Program-made: the position numbers and the translations under genes
Shown: one piece after another, positions 26,370 to 39,192 of the stretch
Layout of the letters: every line of letters begins with the position of its first letter
How positions within the stretch are numbered: position 1 is the stretch's first letter
Notes under the pieces: generated by a model
The model's database searches: none
Told to the model about the DNA's origin: nothing
The model's input: only the letters and a program-made list of their open reading frames with translations
DNA from: Psammoneis japonica
Lineage: Eukaryota
Assembly: GCA_008632985.1 (NCBI GenBank)
Contig: QPGO01000062.1
Span: 124,001 to 188,000 of the forward strand
Direction of reading: 5' to 3'
Length of the DNA stretch: 64,000 bases

Positions 26370-29300
26370 GTGCCACAAAAGTGCCATTTTCACCCAATCC
26401 AGAAAAGACAGTGGAAAATTAAAGTCACACAGGAGCATGGCGAGGGACCAGCGTGCTGCTTGCGACGTGATGCTCAATTTTGCGAGCCAACAGAGCCCAT
26501 CCTTCACCATCATGCCACCAGGATCTGAGCCAAGTGATGATGGATCAATGGACAACACTTGTCTGCAAAGGATCAAAACATTTCAAGCTGTTGAAGCAGG
26601 CAGCTTGGCTGGAGGAGCCATCCAGGCATTCTGGGAGCGGCGCAGCACACTCATCAGGCTGGTGAGATTGCACAATGCCACACAACATGCAGGCGACATC
26701 TCAGCAACACTGCTTCATTGCACTCAGGCACTCTTTTTTGTCTGCATTAAAGCCACACATTCTTTGAATGTTTTTGTCACGAACCAGTTGAAATTTGAGC
26801 TCTGCTGTCTCTTTCCGTGTTGACCCCTTCTTTCCGAGCCTCCCTCAAGCAACACACTGCACCAGGTGATGTCAGAACACCTGTGTGAATGCAATGCATG
26901 TGTGACATGCACCACCTCCACTGCAATCTCTCCCACCAAGAGCCTGCCTCCTCCACCTCTTTCTGGCCCCACTTCTGAAATGTGCAAACACACATTGTGC
27001 AGTTCCTCCCAAGGCCAAGATTGCTTCAAACACATGTGTGCTTGGGCAGGTGATGACATGAGGGAGCCCCTCACCTCTGCCCCCCCACTTTGACCTTGCC
27101 TTCAAGCTTCAAGCCATGCACCTTTCAATTTGGGTCAGCCAGGTTGCCCCCAATCCAGCAGTCTGATTTGGCTGCAGGCATCCATGCTGCACTGCTGTGG
27201 GCTTCTGTGGCTGGCGCCAATCCTTCACCCCTCATGCTCCTGCACAGATGACACCATCATAGACTGCATTGAGTGGTGCTCCACAAGGTTGCGCTGGCTG
27301 CACTTCTCAATCTTTTGGCAGCTGCAGATGCTCCCCTGGGTCAACCTTGCTTCACCTGAGTCCCCCACGCTGCCAGTGACCCAGCACCAGATCTCACCAT
27401 GGAAGTCATTGAACAGTCAACTGACCGGCTGGATCTGCACTCAACCACACTTCCATCTTATCCAGCAGCCCACCCAAGCAATGCGTGCATGCCAAGTCTG
27501 CCCATCCCTCAACTTGGTTGCAGGATTTGGGCCACAAAGCATCCAGGAACAAGGTGTTTGTGCCTTGGGATGCATGTCCGCTGGTGGGGGAAACTCTTCT
27601 TGTTGATTGGCTGGCTTTTCCATGTGCCAAGTCTTGCTGTCATTGAGAATGTTGCACTTGGTTCCTGGGTTGTGCATTCCAACAAAAACTTGAGCCCAGG
27701 CACAAATCTGCAAGAGACCCAGTCATCCTCTTTGCCAGAAAAGGCTTTCATTGTGGTGGGTGGGTGTTGGATCTCATGTGACATCATCTGTCATGACCCT
27801 CGCAAACAGAGCCATCTTGCACCTCCCCAATGCCGGCTGTTTTTCCACCACTGCAGCCTCTCCTGCCAAGAGCCTGCCTCCTCCTGTTTCTGACCCCGCT
27901 CATGAAGTGTGCAAACTTGCATCATTGTTTTGTGCTGCTGCTCCTTTCGAGTCTCTGGAGGCCCCAGGTTGCTTTGCCCACCCAGGTTGGTGATGAGAAA
28001 AGCAAGCTTCTCACCTCCAGGCCTTCCACTTTAACTTTGCTGTCAAGCCCTGTGCCTCAATCCACTTGATTTGGTTGGGGGGGGGGGGGGGGGGGGCAGC
28101 ACTGGTGCCACAATGGTTGTTTGGAGGGCCAACAAACTGATGGTTGATGGATTGATTCAGAGAGGGAGCTGCTGCAGGAGCAGCCCAAAGGGGCAGCAGA
28201 TGAGGGAGGTGGCTGCAGCTGCATTCCAAGTTGTGNCTTCCTCAGATCAACCCTGCTTCATCTGATTGTCATCAAGCAGCTGGCTGCTGCAGATCTTTCT
28301 GCGTGCTTGTGCTCAAACACCACACTTCTTCCATCCAATCCAGCCCACCCAAGATGAGTGTGTCATTGAACAATGCTTCTGAGTCTGCCCATGCAATCAA
28401 TGAACAAGGTGTTTGCCTTGGGGCATGTGCCCACTGGAAAGGTCCTCTTGGCTGACTTTTCCATGCCAAGTTTTTTGCACCCCAGAGTCCTTGGGATGTC
28501 ACGCCACTTGGTTCCCAGGTTGTGCATTGCAACAAAAACCTTCATGCTCTTGAACCCGGGCGTGAATCTGCAAGAGACCTTGTCACACTCTTTGCCAGCA
28601 CTGGCCTTCATTGCCATGAGCAGGTGTCTGATTTTTTTGATGTGTGCTGCAATGACCCCCACAGACAGAGCCAGCTTGCACCCTGCATTGGGCCTGGCCC
28701 CATGGCTGCAGCCACGGCTCCTTTAGAATCAAAGGGTGGATCTGTCACAAGGTGCGCCAGAAGGACATTGAAGTCCATCACAAATCTGTGTGCTTCCAGC
28801 TTGTGTGTGGCATTGCCACAAAAGCTGTGATGTTCTCCTCTGAGCCGAGTGCTTCTCCTCATGTTTTGATGTCCTCTTTGTCACTCTGAGCTTTGATCTT
28901 TCAACACAATTCAGACATGTGCTCCACTCCACTGGCAGGCCTGATGATGCCCCTTCCAGCTGTGTGGTCTTGGCTGCATGCACTGCAGAGGGTGTCTTGC
29001 AGCCACTTGAGCTTGGTCTCTCCCTGGCAGACCCACAGTGCATGAGCTCAAGTGCCTTCATGCAAAGGGCAGACAAGTCCTCCCTGGCTGCGTCAAACTT
29101 GTGGTGGGCAGTGTCTCTTGCTGCATCAAGTGTCAAGGACCTGAACTCCAGTTTGAACAGATCCACAATGCTCCCCCCCCTCCCAACCCTGTGCAGACAC
29201 TTTGGCCCAGGCCACCAACCTGGAGGTTGACCACTGCCTGCAAGAAGAGAGTTGAAGGAGCATCTCCAAGTGCTCACCCAGCAGTTCAATCAGTTCCTTC

Positions 29301-30230
29301 TCAGTGGCTGCATTCTCCTCCCAGAGATCCATGATTGCATGCTCCAGTTCCCTGAGCAGCCTTTCCATGGTGACAAAAAGCTGAGGATCAGGGTGGGTGT
29401 CTTTGACTGCAGTGCACTCCACCTGTGGCTCCTCTCCTGCTGGGTCTCATTGTTGCCTTCATTGCTCACCAAGAGCATCTCTGTGCTCCTCCTTGCCTTG
29501 TGGTGGTGGCTTGTCTCCCACCCAAAGATGAGGTCTTTTGGATGATGTTGGCTGGAGGGAGGTGCTGAAATGCTGCTCTCCACTGCTTGGGTGGTGCACC
29601 AAGCTGGGGCAAGTAATCAGCCACTCCATGTTGGCCCCAGTTGTCCAGTGCTGGTAAAGAGAACACCGCTGGCTTGGTTCCTGTGCTTGTCTCTCACTGG
29701 GCAGCTCCTCCTGATGGCTCAAACTGGCTTGCCAAGTGTTGGACACACAGCAGTTTGGTGCTTGGCTCCAGTGCATGACCATGACTGCGCATCCATTTTT
29801 CACTCCAATCAACAAGCAGCATGAACAGATTTTGCAGCAGCATCATGGTGATGATGCACTGTTGACTGTGTTTGATGGGATCCCACCACAATTTCTTGAC
29901 AAATCAAACATGGCCACACTCACTTCTTCCAAGTGCGGTTGACAATCTTGGTTGAACGGGGAACCAGGTTGGTCCACCCAACTTGCCTTCTTCTCTGCCA
30001 GTGAGCACCAAGATGTCATCAAAAAGTGAAGGCTCTTCTGTGCATGGGAGGCAACATCAATGTGTCAACTGCTGTGCTTCTGTGAGCTGATTCAGAGTGG
30101 TGGCACACCACAGCACAACAGCTTGAGAAGCAACATCTGCTGCCACATTGCTCTTGGTGGAATTGGTGGGCATTTCATGCACGTTTGATCATGCACATTT
30201 GAACACATTTTGGCTGTGTGTTTGACCCCA
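26370..30230. pseudogene. Hypermutated TpA/CpG-depleted tract A; relic of a gene or element with an internally repeated domain
   Basis: About 8 TA dinucleotides in ~3.8 kb by eye, and few CG. Diverged internal repeats 27547-27822 vs 28402-28682 and 26928-26990 vs 27856-27915. G20 run at 28077-28096. Confidence 0.75.
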
Positions 30231-30551
30231 CGACGAAAGCAATGTTTTCAGTATAAAGAAGAGTCCGGCAAGACTGCCTGTGTCGACTTACTTCTGTTTG
30301 ACAGAGGCGATTGGTGTGCATGTATTCCACCACATGACACTCGAGAGAAAGTCCCGTACAATGATTATCCAAGCCATGCTGTCGAAGGGGGTGGCTCTAG
30401 AGAGTCTCTGTACAGTGGCCTCGCGACGCCATTAGATTTGCCTTTTGTTGCGTGAGATCACAGGGTGAACAACTTGAAGAGTAGACACGACGTTACTTAG
30501 GCTTATAGCTACATCCTTCATATTAAAACATGAGCCAACCAGTGCAATAGC

Positions 30552-31808
30552 TTATTTGTCCTCCAGGTTCATGATTCCGGGCAAGAGCTCTCCCTGCAAG
30601 AGTTCAAGAGAGGCACCACCGCCAGTTGAGACAAAGGTAACCTTGTCTTCCATACCAGCCTTAGCAGCAGCAGTGGCGGAATCACCGCCTCCAATCATTC
30701 CACAGCCGCCCGCCGCATGAAGTTCCGCGACAGCGTCAAGAATAGCGAAAGTACCCTTGCTAAAGTTGTCAAACTCAAAAACACCAGCCGGTCCGTTCCA
30801 AACAACCGTCTTGGAGGCCTTGACCTTGGATGCAAAGAGTTCCATACTAGCGGGACCACAATCCATGCCCTCCCATCCGTCGGGGATGCCTTCTTCTTGA
30901 GTGACAAGCTTGGTTCCATTAGGCTGTTCGTTTCCAAACTCTTGACCGCACAACCAATCAATGGGAAGGGTGACTTCGCAGTTGTTCGCCTTGGCCTTGT
31001 CGAGAATACCCTGGACGAGATCGGCGCCCTTTTTGTCAAAGAGGGAAGAACCAATGTCCATGCCGTAGCACACCTTTAAAAAGGTGTATGCCATGCCTCC
31101 GCAAATAATGATGCCGTCGGCTTGTTCGACAAGCTTGTCAATCAAGAGAGTCTTATCGCGAACCTTGGCTCCTCCGACAATTGCCAACATTGGCTTTTCG
31201 GGATTATCAAGGACCCGAGAAAAGGCTTGAAGTTCCTTGAGGACCAACAGACCAGCAACTTTTGTGGGCAAATCGACTCCCACCAGAGACGAATGTCCAC
31301 GGTGAACCGTACCAAACGCATCGCAGACGTAGACATCTCCGAGCTTCGTCAGAGACGCACGAAAGGCAGCAATCTCTTCTTCAGAAGGCTTGAAGGTTTC
31401 GCCGTCAGCGTTCTTACCCTTGCCTTCTTCCTCGGCGTGGAAACGAACGTTTTCGAGCAGAATAATGGATCCCTCTTCCGGGTCTGCGCAGGCAGCCTCC
31501 ACCTCGGGTCCGACACAGTCCGAAAGAAAGGTGACCTTACGCCCCATCAATTCTTCCAGACGGGTAGCGACGGGTTTCAAAGAGTACTTTGGTACAACGT
31601 TTCCGTTGGGTCGGCCCATGTGAGACATGAGTACGACCGACTTGCAGCCGTTATCAAGGGCATACTGAATGGTGGGGATGGCACCAACAATGCGCTGGTT
31701 GTTGGTGATGTTGCCTTCTTTGTCCATCGGGACATTAAAGTCCACTCTCATTATGACTCTCTTGCCCTTGACGTCAACATCTTCGATTGATTTCTTGTTG
31801 AGATTCAT
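30552..31808 (-). CDS. PGK: Phosphoglycerate kinase (no targeting presequence, likely cytosolic)
   Basis: Motifs RVIMRVDFNVP, SHMGRPNG, LLENVRFH, GGAKV.DK, WNGPAGVFE, GGGDS, STGGGASLELL. Confidence 0.97.
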   Translation of the reverse strand: MNLNKKSIEDVDVKGKRVIMRVDFNVPMDKEGNITNNQRIVGAIPTIQYALDNGCKSVVLMSHMGRPNGNVVPKYSLKPVATRLEELMGRKVTFLSDCVGPEVEAACADPEEGSIILLENVRFHAEEEGKGKNADGETFKPSEEEIAAFRASLTKLGDVYVCDAFGTVHRGHSSLVGVDLPTKVAGLLVLKELQAFSRVLDNPEKPMLAIVGGAKVRDKTLLIDKLVEQADGIIICGGMAYTFLKVCYGMDIGSSLFDKKGADLVQGILDKAKANNCEVTLPIDWLCGQEFGNEQPNGTKLVTQEEGIPDGWEGMDCGPASMELFASKVKASKTVVWNGPAGVFEFDNFSKGTFAILDAVAELHAAGGCGMIGGGDSATAAAKAGMEDKVTFVSTGGGASLELLQGELLPGIMNLEDK

Positions 31809-32523
31809 GGTTGCTTTGCCTCGCCCAATGAAGGGAAATGAGAGGTTGGAGTGAGAATCGAGAAAGATCCGGAATCTCGAAATTTGACAGAATCTCGTGC
31901 GTGGTCATCGTGTGCGTAGAGTGCCGTGTCGCGCGAAAATCGCGCTATTCTGTCTGTACTGCATCCGATCACGCATCCCGCGACGGACATTGATCGGGGG
32001 CCGTTGAAATGTCAGTGGATTCCTACCACTTATTATCCAAGTAGGATTGTTTATAGCTCGATTGCAATCTTATAACCGCTTTCATTGCATGGAAAAATAC
32101 TTAACGCCAAGCGGTCATTGCTTGCCTCACACACGTCGTATAAAAATATCTGTTGCACGTGCTTCTGGAACGGCCGGAGGAAATAGTAATTTTTGAATAA
32201 ATATTGCCCATGAACAATTTTCTATCAACCTAAGTGAATAATTGCCCTTACTTAGAAGAACTTCGGACATAGATGTAACGGACGAGCCAATTCATATTTC
32301 AACACGCTTCATCACGAGAACGTTTTACTCTACAGGCAGGAGCTACATACGGTAGCGCAGTTTTACGTTCTACGACCATGCTCCCCTTGCAGAACATGAG
32401 AGGTTACTTTTTGTGGACATGACATCCCCTCACCGGCATCGGTTTTAGACTAACGAATCTCTAGTAGATACATCGATAGCAGCAACTCCTATCGACAGCT
32501 ACAGGCAGTGTCTGTAAGACACC

Positions 32524-35200
32524 ATGTCAGTGAGCAGCGATGATGCTACTAGTCATGCCGCTGCTGATCCGCAAAACAGTAGCAGGCGGGAAGCCGATGA
32601 GAATTTGCTCTGGGATGGCATGTTTCAGCGACTTTTGAAGTATAAGCAAAGGCACGGTCATTGCTTAGTTCCGACGAACTACGAGAAGGACCGAGACTTG
32701 AGTCGGTGGGTTCAGATTCAACGTGCTTGCTCTGTGACTGAAGAACGCGTTGAGAAACTGGATTCAATCGGCTTTGCTTGGTCTGACCATGATCGGGATC
32801 ATCATTCGTGGAAGAGAATGGTCAAGGCTCTGAAAAATACAAGCGTGAGAATGGCAACTGCCTTGTACCAAAGGGCCATCCACAGCTAGGTCCATGGGTG
32901 GAACTTATGCGTGCTGACCAAGCCGAGAATCGTCTGGACCCGGACCGTAAGATGCGGCTTGACGAGCTAGGCTTTGTCTGGCGACCTACTGCTGCTGCTC
33001 CTGCTTCGCCGACAGAGTCCTGGGATGCCATGTTTACACGACTTAAGCAGTACAGGCAAGTCCATGGTAACTTTGCAGTGCCCCAGCGATACGATGAGGA
33101 TCGTAAACTTGGACACTGGTGAGTTCGAAAACTTTGCTCTTGCGCGTGCGTATCCCTACATTTGCGCTAGTCTCCTCGTTAGCGTTGTGCTCATTTCTGA
33201 GAGTGAATATGCCTGAAGCATAAGCCTATACTCATCTGTTGCAAAAGCACCCCGCAATTGTCACCTGCGGCTTGGCAGCACGGCGCTCGAATGTGACAAC
33301 CACCATAGTTCAGAGTTCAGACGCGTCCTATGCTGCCTATGGTATACCGTATGTAGGTGGATCGTTTGCTTCTTCTTGCGCTCTTGTTGGTGCCAGTCTT
33401 GATTTATACCTTCTTCTTGCTCGCCTTGCGTCATTGTTGTTGCCACATATTTCCTTTTTTGAGCAGAGTGTGTGCATTGAAATGATCATGAGGTTTGGCT
33501 TCTGCGTTGCGATCTCCTGCGGGTCGTTGTCGTTATTGTTATACCTCGGGGGTGGGTTTATTTGCTACGGTACTGTGTTGCTTGCGGCAGTCTTGGTACT
33601 ATTCCGTTGTCGCATTGTGTCCACTACTGTCCTCTGGGCTCGAGAATCTCGCCGTGGCACATAATGCTCCTCTGCGCTGAGTTTAAGCTATTATGTCGCG
33701 GTTGTTGAACGACCAAGCAGAAAGAGAAGAAGCTCTTGCATCATGGGTCCTCGCTTGGTGTATACGTAGTCCTCCACAGTAAATCGTGAGCCCGTTAGCG
33801 TCTGAGCCCTCCACCGCCGAGCTCATCAGCTTTTTCGCGTTCTGAGCGACCACTGTATTCAGTGTATTATGCACTATTCTGACTTTTTACCTTTGCGCTT
33901 TGTATTATTAGGGTTGACAGACAACGATACCTAAAGAGCCATGAACGCTTAAACGAAGAAAGAGAGCAGAAACTGGATGAAATAGGTTTCCCCTGGAGTG
34001 TTACTCAAGAAACATGGGAGTCCATGTTTTCGCTCTTGGAAGAGTACAAGAAGAATAACGGCGATTGCCTTGTTCCTCTGTCCTTTTCGAAACTTGGAAG
34101 ATGGGTAAAAGAGCAGCGGAAAAAGAAGGATTACATGTTGGAATCTCGGAGAGAGCGACTGGATTCGCTTGGGTTTGTGTGGTCAGTTCCAAAAGCCAAG
34201 TGGGAGAAGATGTTCAGCGAATTGGTAAGAAGTCCTATTGTGTTCTTCTGACAAAAAGACCGCACCGCCTATTGGATTTGACTCTGCCTCTCAACCATTT
34301 CTCTTGTTGCATCTCGCCACTATCATTGTTTAAACTTTGCCCTCATAGATGGAATACAGAAGAGTTCACGGCGATTGCAACGTACCCAAACGATATCCTC
34401 CAAATCGACAGTTAGGGCGATGGGTCCATAATCAGCGCCTTCGGAGGCACGTTACGCCTTTGGACCGCATAAAAAGACTTGAAGATATCGGGTTTTTCGA
34501 CGCGACCCGCTGGGCAAATCGACGGGAGAGAGCATTATCAGAAGCGGAGGCCTCTCATTCCTCACCTCTCCAGCATAACCAGGATGATGAAGAAGACCAA
34601 CGTTTATCTCAAGGACCTGCTCATGAAAGGGAGGAGGCGCACGCTAGGGCTACTGCGACGCAAGTGGTTATCAGTGATAAGCCATCGCCGCGTTTTCGCA
34701 GTGCCCAAGCACCGGAGGCTGCAGTCTCATCCTGTTCTGCTCTTGATAATGTTCCACCAAGTATATTACCGAGGCCTAGTCCACGTGACAGCCTTATTCC
34801 TGTTGCCCGGCAGCCACCATCAAGAACGTCAATGCTGCCGCCGCTTGCCCATTACCATGCTCTTGGACAGGGCCCAGAGCTGTACCGGCGAGGGTCGCGA
34901 GGGCACGCAATTCCACGTGAAGAGTACTTGGACCCGCGTTGGGCGCTGCCACCAATTTCTTACAACATGCCGCCGCCCCCACTTGTAGCAAGTTCTCTTG
35001 CCTTAAGCAATCCCAGCAACATGGCGGTTAGTTTGCCGACATCTACGACGCTGTCGCCCACTCAGATAATGGCAATGAATGGGTATCAACGGCGTCAGCT
35101 TGAAAATCTGCTCCACATGCAAAACCTGAGACGGATGCAGTACGACATGAGCCCAACCCCGCTTTTCCCTCCTCCACACGACAACGAAAGCAACTGGTGA
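32524..35200 (+). CDS. Helicase-associated (HA) repeat protein with a Pro-rich C-terminus
   Basis: About five W..MF..L..YK..HG.C.VP...LG.WV..QR....L..IGF.W repeats. 1-nt frameshift at ~32835. Introns 33119-33911 and 34225-34348 restore the frame (GHW|VDRQR; SEL|MEY). Confidence 0.85.
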
Positions 35201-35537
35201 GGGGTGGCCACCTACCGTAGGCAGCGTAGGACCGACATCTGAAACGCGTTTGCGCTACACAGTATGGTGGTGTTCCTATTCAAAGCCTCTCTCGGCGAAC
35301 GTGTAGATATCTAGTATGTCTAACTTTTGTAAATGCAAGTCTAATTGTTACACCTTTTGGCTTAACATGGCAATCCAAATATTTCAGTTCCCACTCCAGA
35401 TACGTACCTACGGGCAGCGCAGATAGTATCCTTTTCAAAACAGAGTGCTGGAGATACAGTATATGCACGTACAGTTCAATCTAAGTGATTTCTCTGTGCC
35501 GGTACTCGATCTATAATGTCACACAGTTGCTATTTGT

Positions 35538-37298
35538 CTAATTGATTACTGGATCCCAGACCCAAAAGTTGGCAAGCCACTTTTCACCTTGAATGACGGG
35601 TTTGGACCCGTGTTGGCTTAGATCGGCAACGTTCCCATCTGGCAAGACATTGTAAAACAAAGCCGCCTTTCCTAACCGTGGCGAAACAGAAACACCATCA
35701 TGATGCGTAGTTGACAGCGCACGGGGAAAGACAGTCTCACCACCCTCGTTGCATGTATTGAGATAGAGTAGGAGCGTTGCAAATCGTGTAGGCTGGTGGG
35801 GATGCGTCACGGACGGATAAACAAAGTCATGGTGCGGCGAGTACTCTTCTGACGGACCATAGTGCACCAACTGGATGGATTCCGCAATGGAATGGTGCGT
35901 CGCATCCTCCATGTGCTTGTCAGACGTGTGTTGGAGAAGTCGTTCATCAATCTTGAGGACGTCTGCAGCCCGACGGTAAATCAAGTCGACTATTGGTGAT
36001 GCAGCTCTTTCGATCCACGCATTTGTCGAAGACCTTGTAGTCGGGTCTACGCTGTTCTTGTCAGCTCCAGCATGCAGTGTCGATGGCTTGAGACCTTGCT
36101 GCTTTCCCAACTCAATCAAGTGCTGTGCCTCGTTGGGAGAAAGAAAGTTGTCAATAGTAAAGACTCGTGGCAAGACCGATTCAACCTTGAGTTCTAGCTG
36201 CACCTCCTCGTGATTTATGCCATTTTCGGTCCATACAAAATGAGATTGACCAATGTAGTCGGCAGCGTGCATGCAATGCATAGGCTTTGGTCGAGGAAAG
36301 GTAGAAAGCCACGGCCTTTGAGTCTTGATCATGTAATCCTTGGAGTACGCCAAATTCAAAAGCTGAGCTTGATACTTGTAGTAGTCTTGCTTCGATAGTT
36401 CTTCCGGTATAAAGGAATCAGCAGGTTCATAAACTGTCAGGGCAGAATCCGCAGTCAAGGTCCAGCGTTTCAACGCATGACTTTCATCAGAGACGGGTGA
36501 AACGTAAAATGATTGACCGGGCGTTGTTGCCGTTCCAACGGATTCAAAGGGAGCAATCTCTGCAATCAATCTGGCCGAGTGATCATGACCACCAATACCG
36601 TCCCAATGCAACAAGATGGGTTTGTGGCTTAGATTGATAAACTTGGCAGCAAAGCCTGTAAAACTAGGCGTAACGAGCTCCAGTTTATCGTCGTGTTGGT
36701 TTTGATGTAGCTGAGATGCAGTCGGTGTCTTGTAAGCAAAGGCATTGCCGCTGATTAACGATCTGCTTGTAAGGGATGCAAGTTCCTTCATGCAGACATA
36801 CTCCTTAGATTTTACCGTAAGCTCAACATCATTGTTCTTATCATACTCACCCCGAATATAATCAACGTGATAGTGGTAGTGCAAGGCCGGGATAAGGTCT
36901 AGGGGCACCCTGAAATCCATAACCTCCACATTTTTCTCTGCAGACTCTAGAGTTACGTTCGGACAAAAGAAAATCCCCGCGGTTCGCTTGTACGAATCAA
37001 CGTGTGAATGCCTTCGCTGCTGATTTAACGTGGGTGCAAAGGTAGGAGACGAAGGAAATGCAACATGGCTACTCTCGACAAGCCTCGAATGACTATAAGC
37101 CGCAGCAACAAACGCAACAAGAACGGCAAACATGTGTTGTTTCCAAGCGTTCACAATAACCTCTTGAAACCATGATTCCTCTTCGTCCTCAAAATCATTT
37201 TCATCATCTTCTTCTTCTTCTTTCTCTTTTTGAGACGAAGGCATGTGGTCGACGTTTTCCTTTACCGTCGAATCGCCTTGTCGTTCTTTGGACGTCAT
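35538..37298 (-). CDS. Prolyl 4-hydroxylase-like 2OG-Fe(II) dioxygenase with an N-terminal membrane anchor
   Basis: Motifs PRVFTIDNFLS, RSSTNAW, ESIQLVHY..EEYSPHHDF, RFATLLLYLN..EGGETVFP, HGSKPVIQGEKWLANFWVW. Start placed at MTSKE (37298) because the longer ORF overlaps the bestrophin. Confidence 0.9.
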   Translation of the reverse strand: MTSKERQGDSTVKENVDHMPSSQKEKEEEEDDENDFEDEEESWFQEVIVNAWKQHMFAVLVAFVAAAYSHSRLVESSHVAFPSSPTFAPTLNQQRRHSHVDSYKRTAGIFFCPNVTLESAEKNVEVMDFRVPLDLIPALHYHYHVDYIRGEYDKNNDVELTVKSKEYVCMKELASLTSRSLISGNAFAYKTPTASQLHQNQHDDKLELVTPSFTGFAAKFINLSHKPILLHWDGIGGHDHSARLIAEIAPFESVGTATTPGQSFYVSPVSDESHALKRWTLTADSALTVYEPADSFIPEELSKQDYYKYQAQLLNLAYSKDYMIKTQRPWLSTFPRPKPMHCMHAADYIGQSHFVWTENGINHEEVQLELKVESVLPRVFTIDNFLSPNEAQHLIELGKQQGLKPSTLHAGADKNSVDPTTRSSTNAWIERAASPIVDLIYRRAADVLKIDERLLQHTSDKHMEDATHHSIAESIQLVHYGPSEEYSPHHDFVYPSVTHPHQPTRFATLLLYLNTCNEGGETVFPRALSTTHHDGVSVSPRLGKAALFYNVLPDGNVADLSQHGSKPVIQGEKWLANFWVWDPVIN

Positions 37299-37496
37299 TG
37301 TCGATTGTCGGCTCAATGAATGAGGCAGACAACATACAGTAATACGTATCCACGAATTTGAATATTTATTTTTTGAAAAAAATGTCAACGTTTTCTGAAA
37401 AGTCTGTCCGTCAATCAGGTCACCGCGTCTCACAATTTCAAAATTCACGAAAGACACAACGAACGAAACAGAGTAGGGCCTAGGCCTACATTCACA

Positions 37497-38996
37497 ATGG
37501 AGGACCAGTTGAACAAAAAAGGCAATGCACACAACCCTACCATGCGTCTCACAAAGGTGGCAAAGAAGCTTATGGGGTCGGACGATGAACTGTCGTTTGA
37601 AGAACTCAAAAGGATAGAGCAGAGACGACGGGCCATTCTCCATCGCAAAGATTTCAAGTTTTTTCGAATTCTTTCGTTTTGGGACGGCACGTGTCTACAG
37701 GTCTTGGCGTTTGATCCACTCATGTGGTTTACAATGCTGATCTACATTTGTGTCCGCATCCAATCTCGCGTTGGATTGTCGGACTTTGTTTCTGATTTGG
37801 CGGGAGCAGGAGGCGACATTTCCGTGATTGCAGCCTTTTTGAGCTTCTTTTTGGTTTTCTTTGTCGTCAATGCAAACAATCGTTTCTCTACTTTGTACTT
37901 GTTCTCTATGAAGTGTAAAGGAAGTGTCTTCAATGCGGCGTCTGTCGCTAAAGTGGCTTTGCCCAAGACGCATGCTCAGAGACTAGTCCGGCACATGAGT
38001 GGCGCTGTAAGTTTCTCGTGAGATCGACACTAGTCGCTGAATTTTACCTTTCTTTGCTAACCTAACGTGAATGTCGATTCTCTACAGCACATTGCTGGAC
38101 ATGTTGGGTTGTCGGATGCTCACACATCCACCAACTTTTTCGAAAAGCTCAACCAAACAAATGTGTTCTTGACCCATGAAGAATGCACACGAATCTGTGA
38201 AATCGACATGGATGCAGGAGGATCATCCCATCGCGAATTGATCACTTGGTGCATGCAAGAAGTCAAGATGCATTAGACGAGGACATCATTGGCCTTCGCA
38301 CTGCGGCACAACTTCGTGACGAAATTCTAAACCTCCGTTCCGCCATGGGCGCACTCTTCAACTGCAACGATCAACCCATTTCCTTTTTCTATCTTCATTT
38401 CATCTGCCTTCTGTCGGCTCTTTATTTGCCTCTCTTTGCCGTGTCATTGGGCTTTGAGGCGGTCACAGGAAATGATGTCCATTGGACGGCGGATCTCGTC
38501 AATGGTCTCATTGTGTTTCTGCAAGCAGTCTTTGTCATTGGTTTGCGAATTCTTGGTCGTGAGTGAACTGCTCTAGAGGGTGATAAAAAAGTTGCTGCAG
38601 CACACAAGGTTTCTCACTCGAAATGTTTTTCTTGCTGTCACAGAGAAGCCAATGGATCCATGTGGTGACGATGTTGAGGACTTGAGTGTCATGCATTACG
38701 TCGGTTTTACTTGGCTCATGAGCAATCGCATCCTTCTCAGCAAGAAACCGCCACGACGCGATGAACAGGTAGAAGAATGCATTTGTCGGCAACGAAGAAC
38801 TCTTGGAGACGCATGGGAAGACGAGCCCAAGCTCTCTGTTGTTGGGAATGATGCGGAAGTCGAAGAACCAATGGTGGAAGAAACTGCGGGGGGTTGTGCT
38901 GTGCAATGGACAACATGTTTGCGGTGCATCTGTTCTTCAAATCCTTTCATGACGGTAATTCCATCAAGCAAGCATTGTGTTCCCACCGTTGACTAA
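37497..38996 (+). pseudogene. Bestrophin-family channel gene, partly hypermutated (probable pseudogene)
   Basis: Motifs FLSFFLVFFV..NNRF, QPISFFYLHF, DPCGDDVEDL. Introns 38007-38087 and 38559-38643. Frameshift at ~38268. His/Cys occur where Tyr is expected. Confidence 0.75.
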
Positions 38997-39192
38997 CCTC
39001 ATACAGTGCTGTTGAAGAGATGCACTGTAACACTTCTCAAGACACTTCTACTCATCTCATATTTCAAATACGGTAATAAGATGTACGGATGCAAACTGTC
39101 TCCATTTGCCAGTGCGCGTTTATTTATGGTAGGCCTAGGCGTAAGAACGATGTGTGCACTATTTTTTGAGGGTTTTATGATCTCGCTCCTTA

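Noticed and set aside
26370..30230. Classical fungal RIP as the cause of the tracts
   Set aside because: RIP raises TpA and lowers CpA/TpG; the opposite is seen here.
37299..37643. N-terminal extension of the P4H ORF to 701 aa
   Set aside because: It overlaps the divergent bestrophin start and a likely ~200-bp shared promoter; the downstream ATG at 37298 is more plausible.
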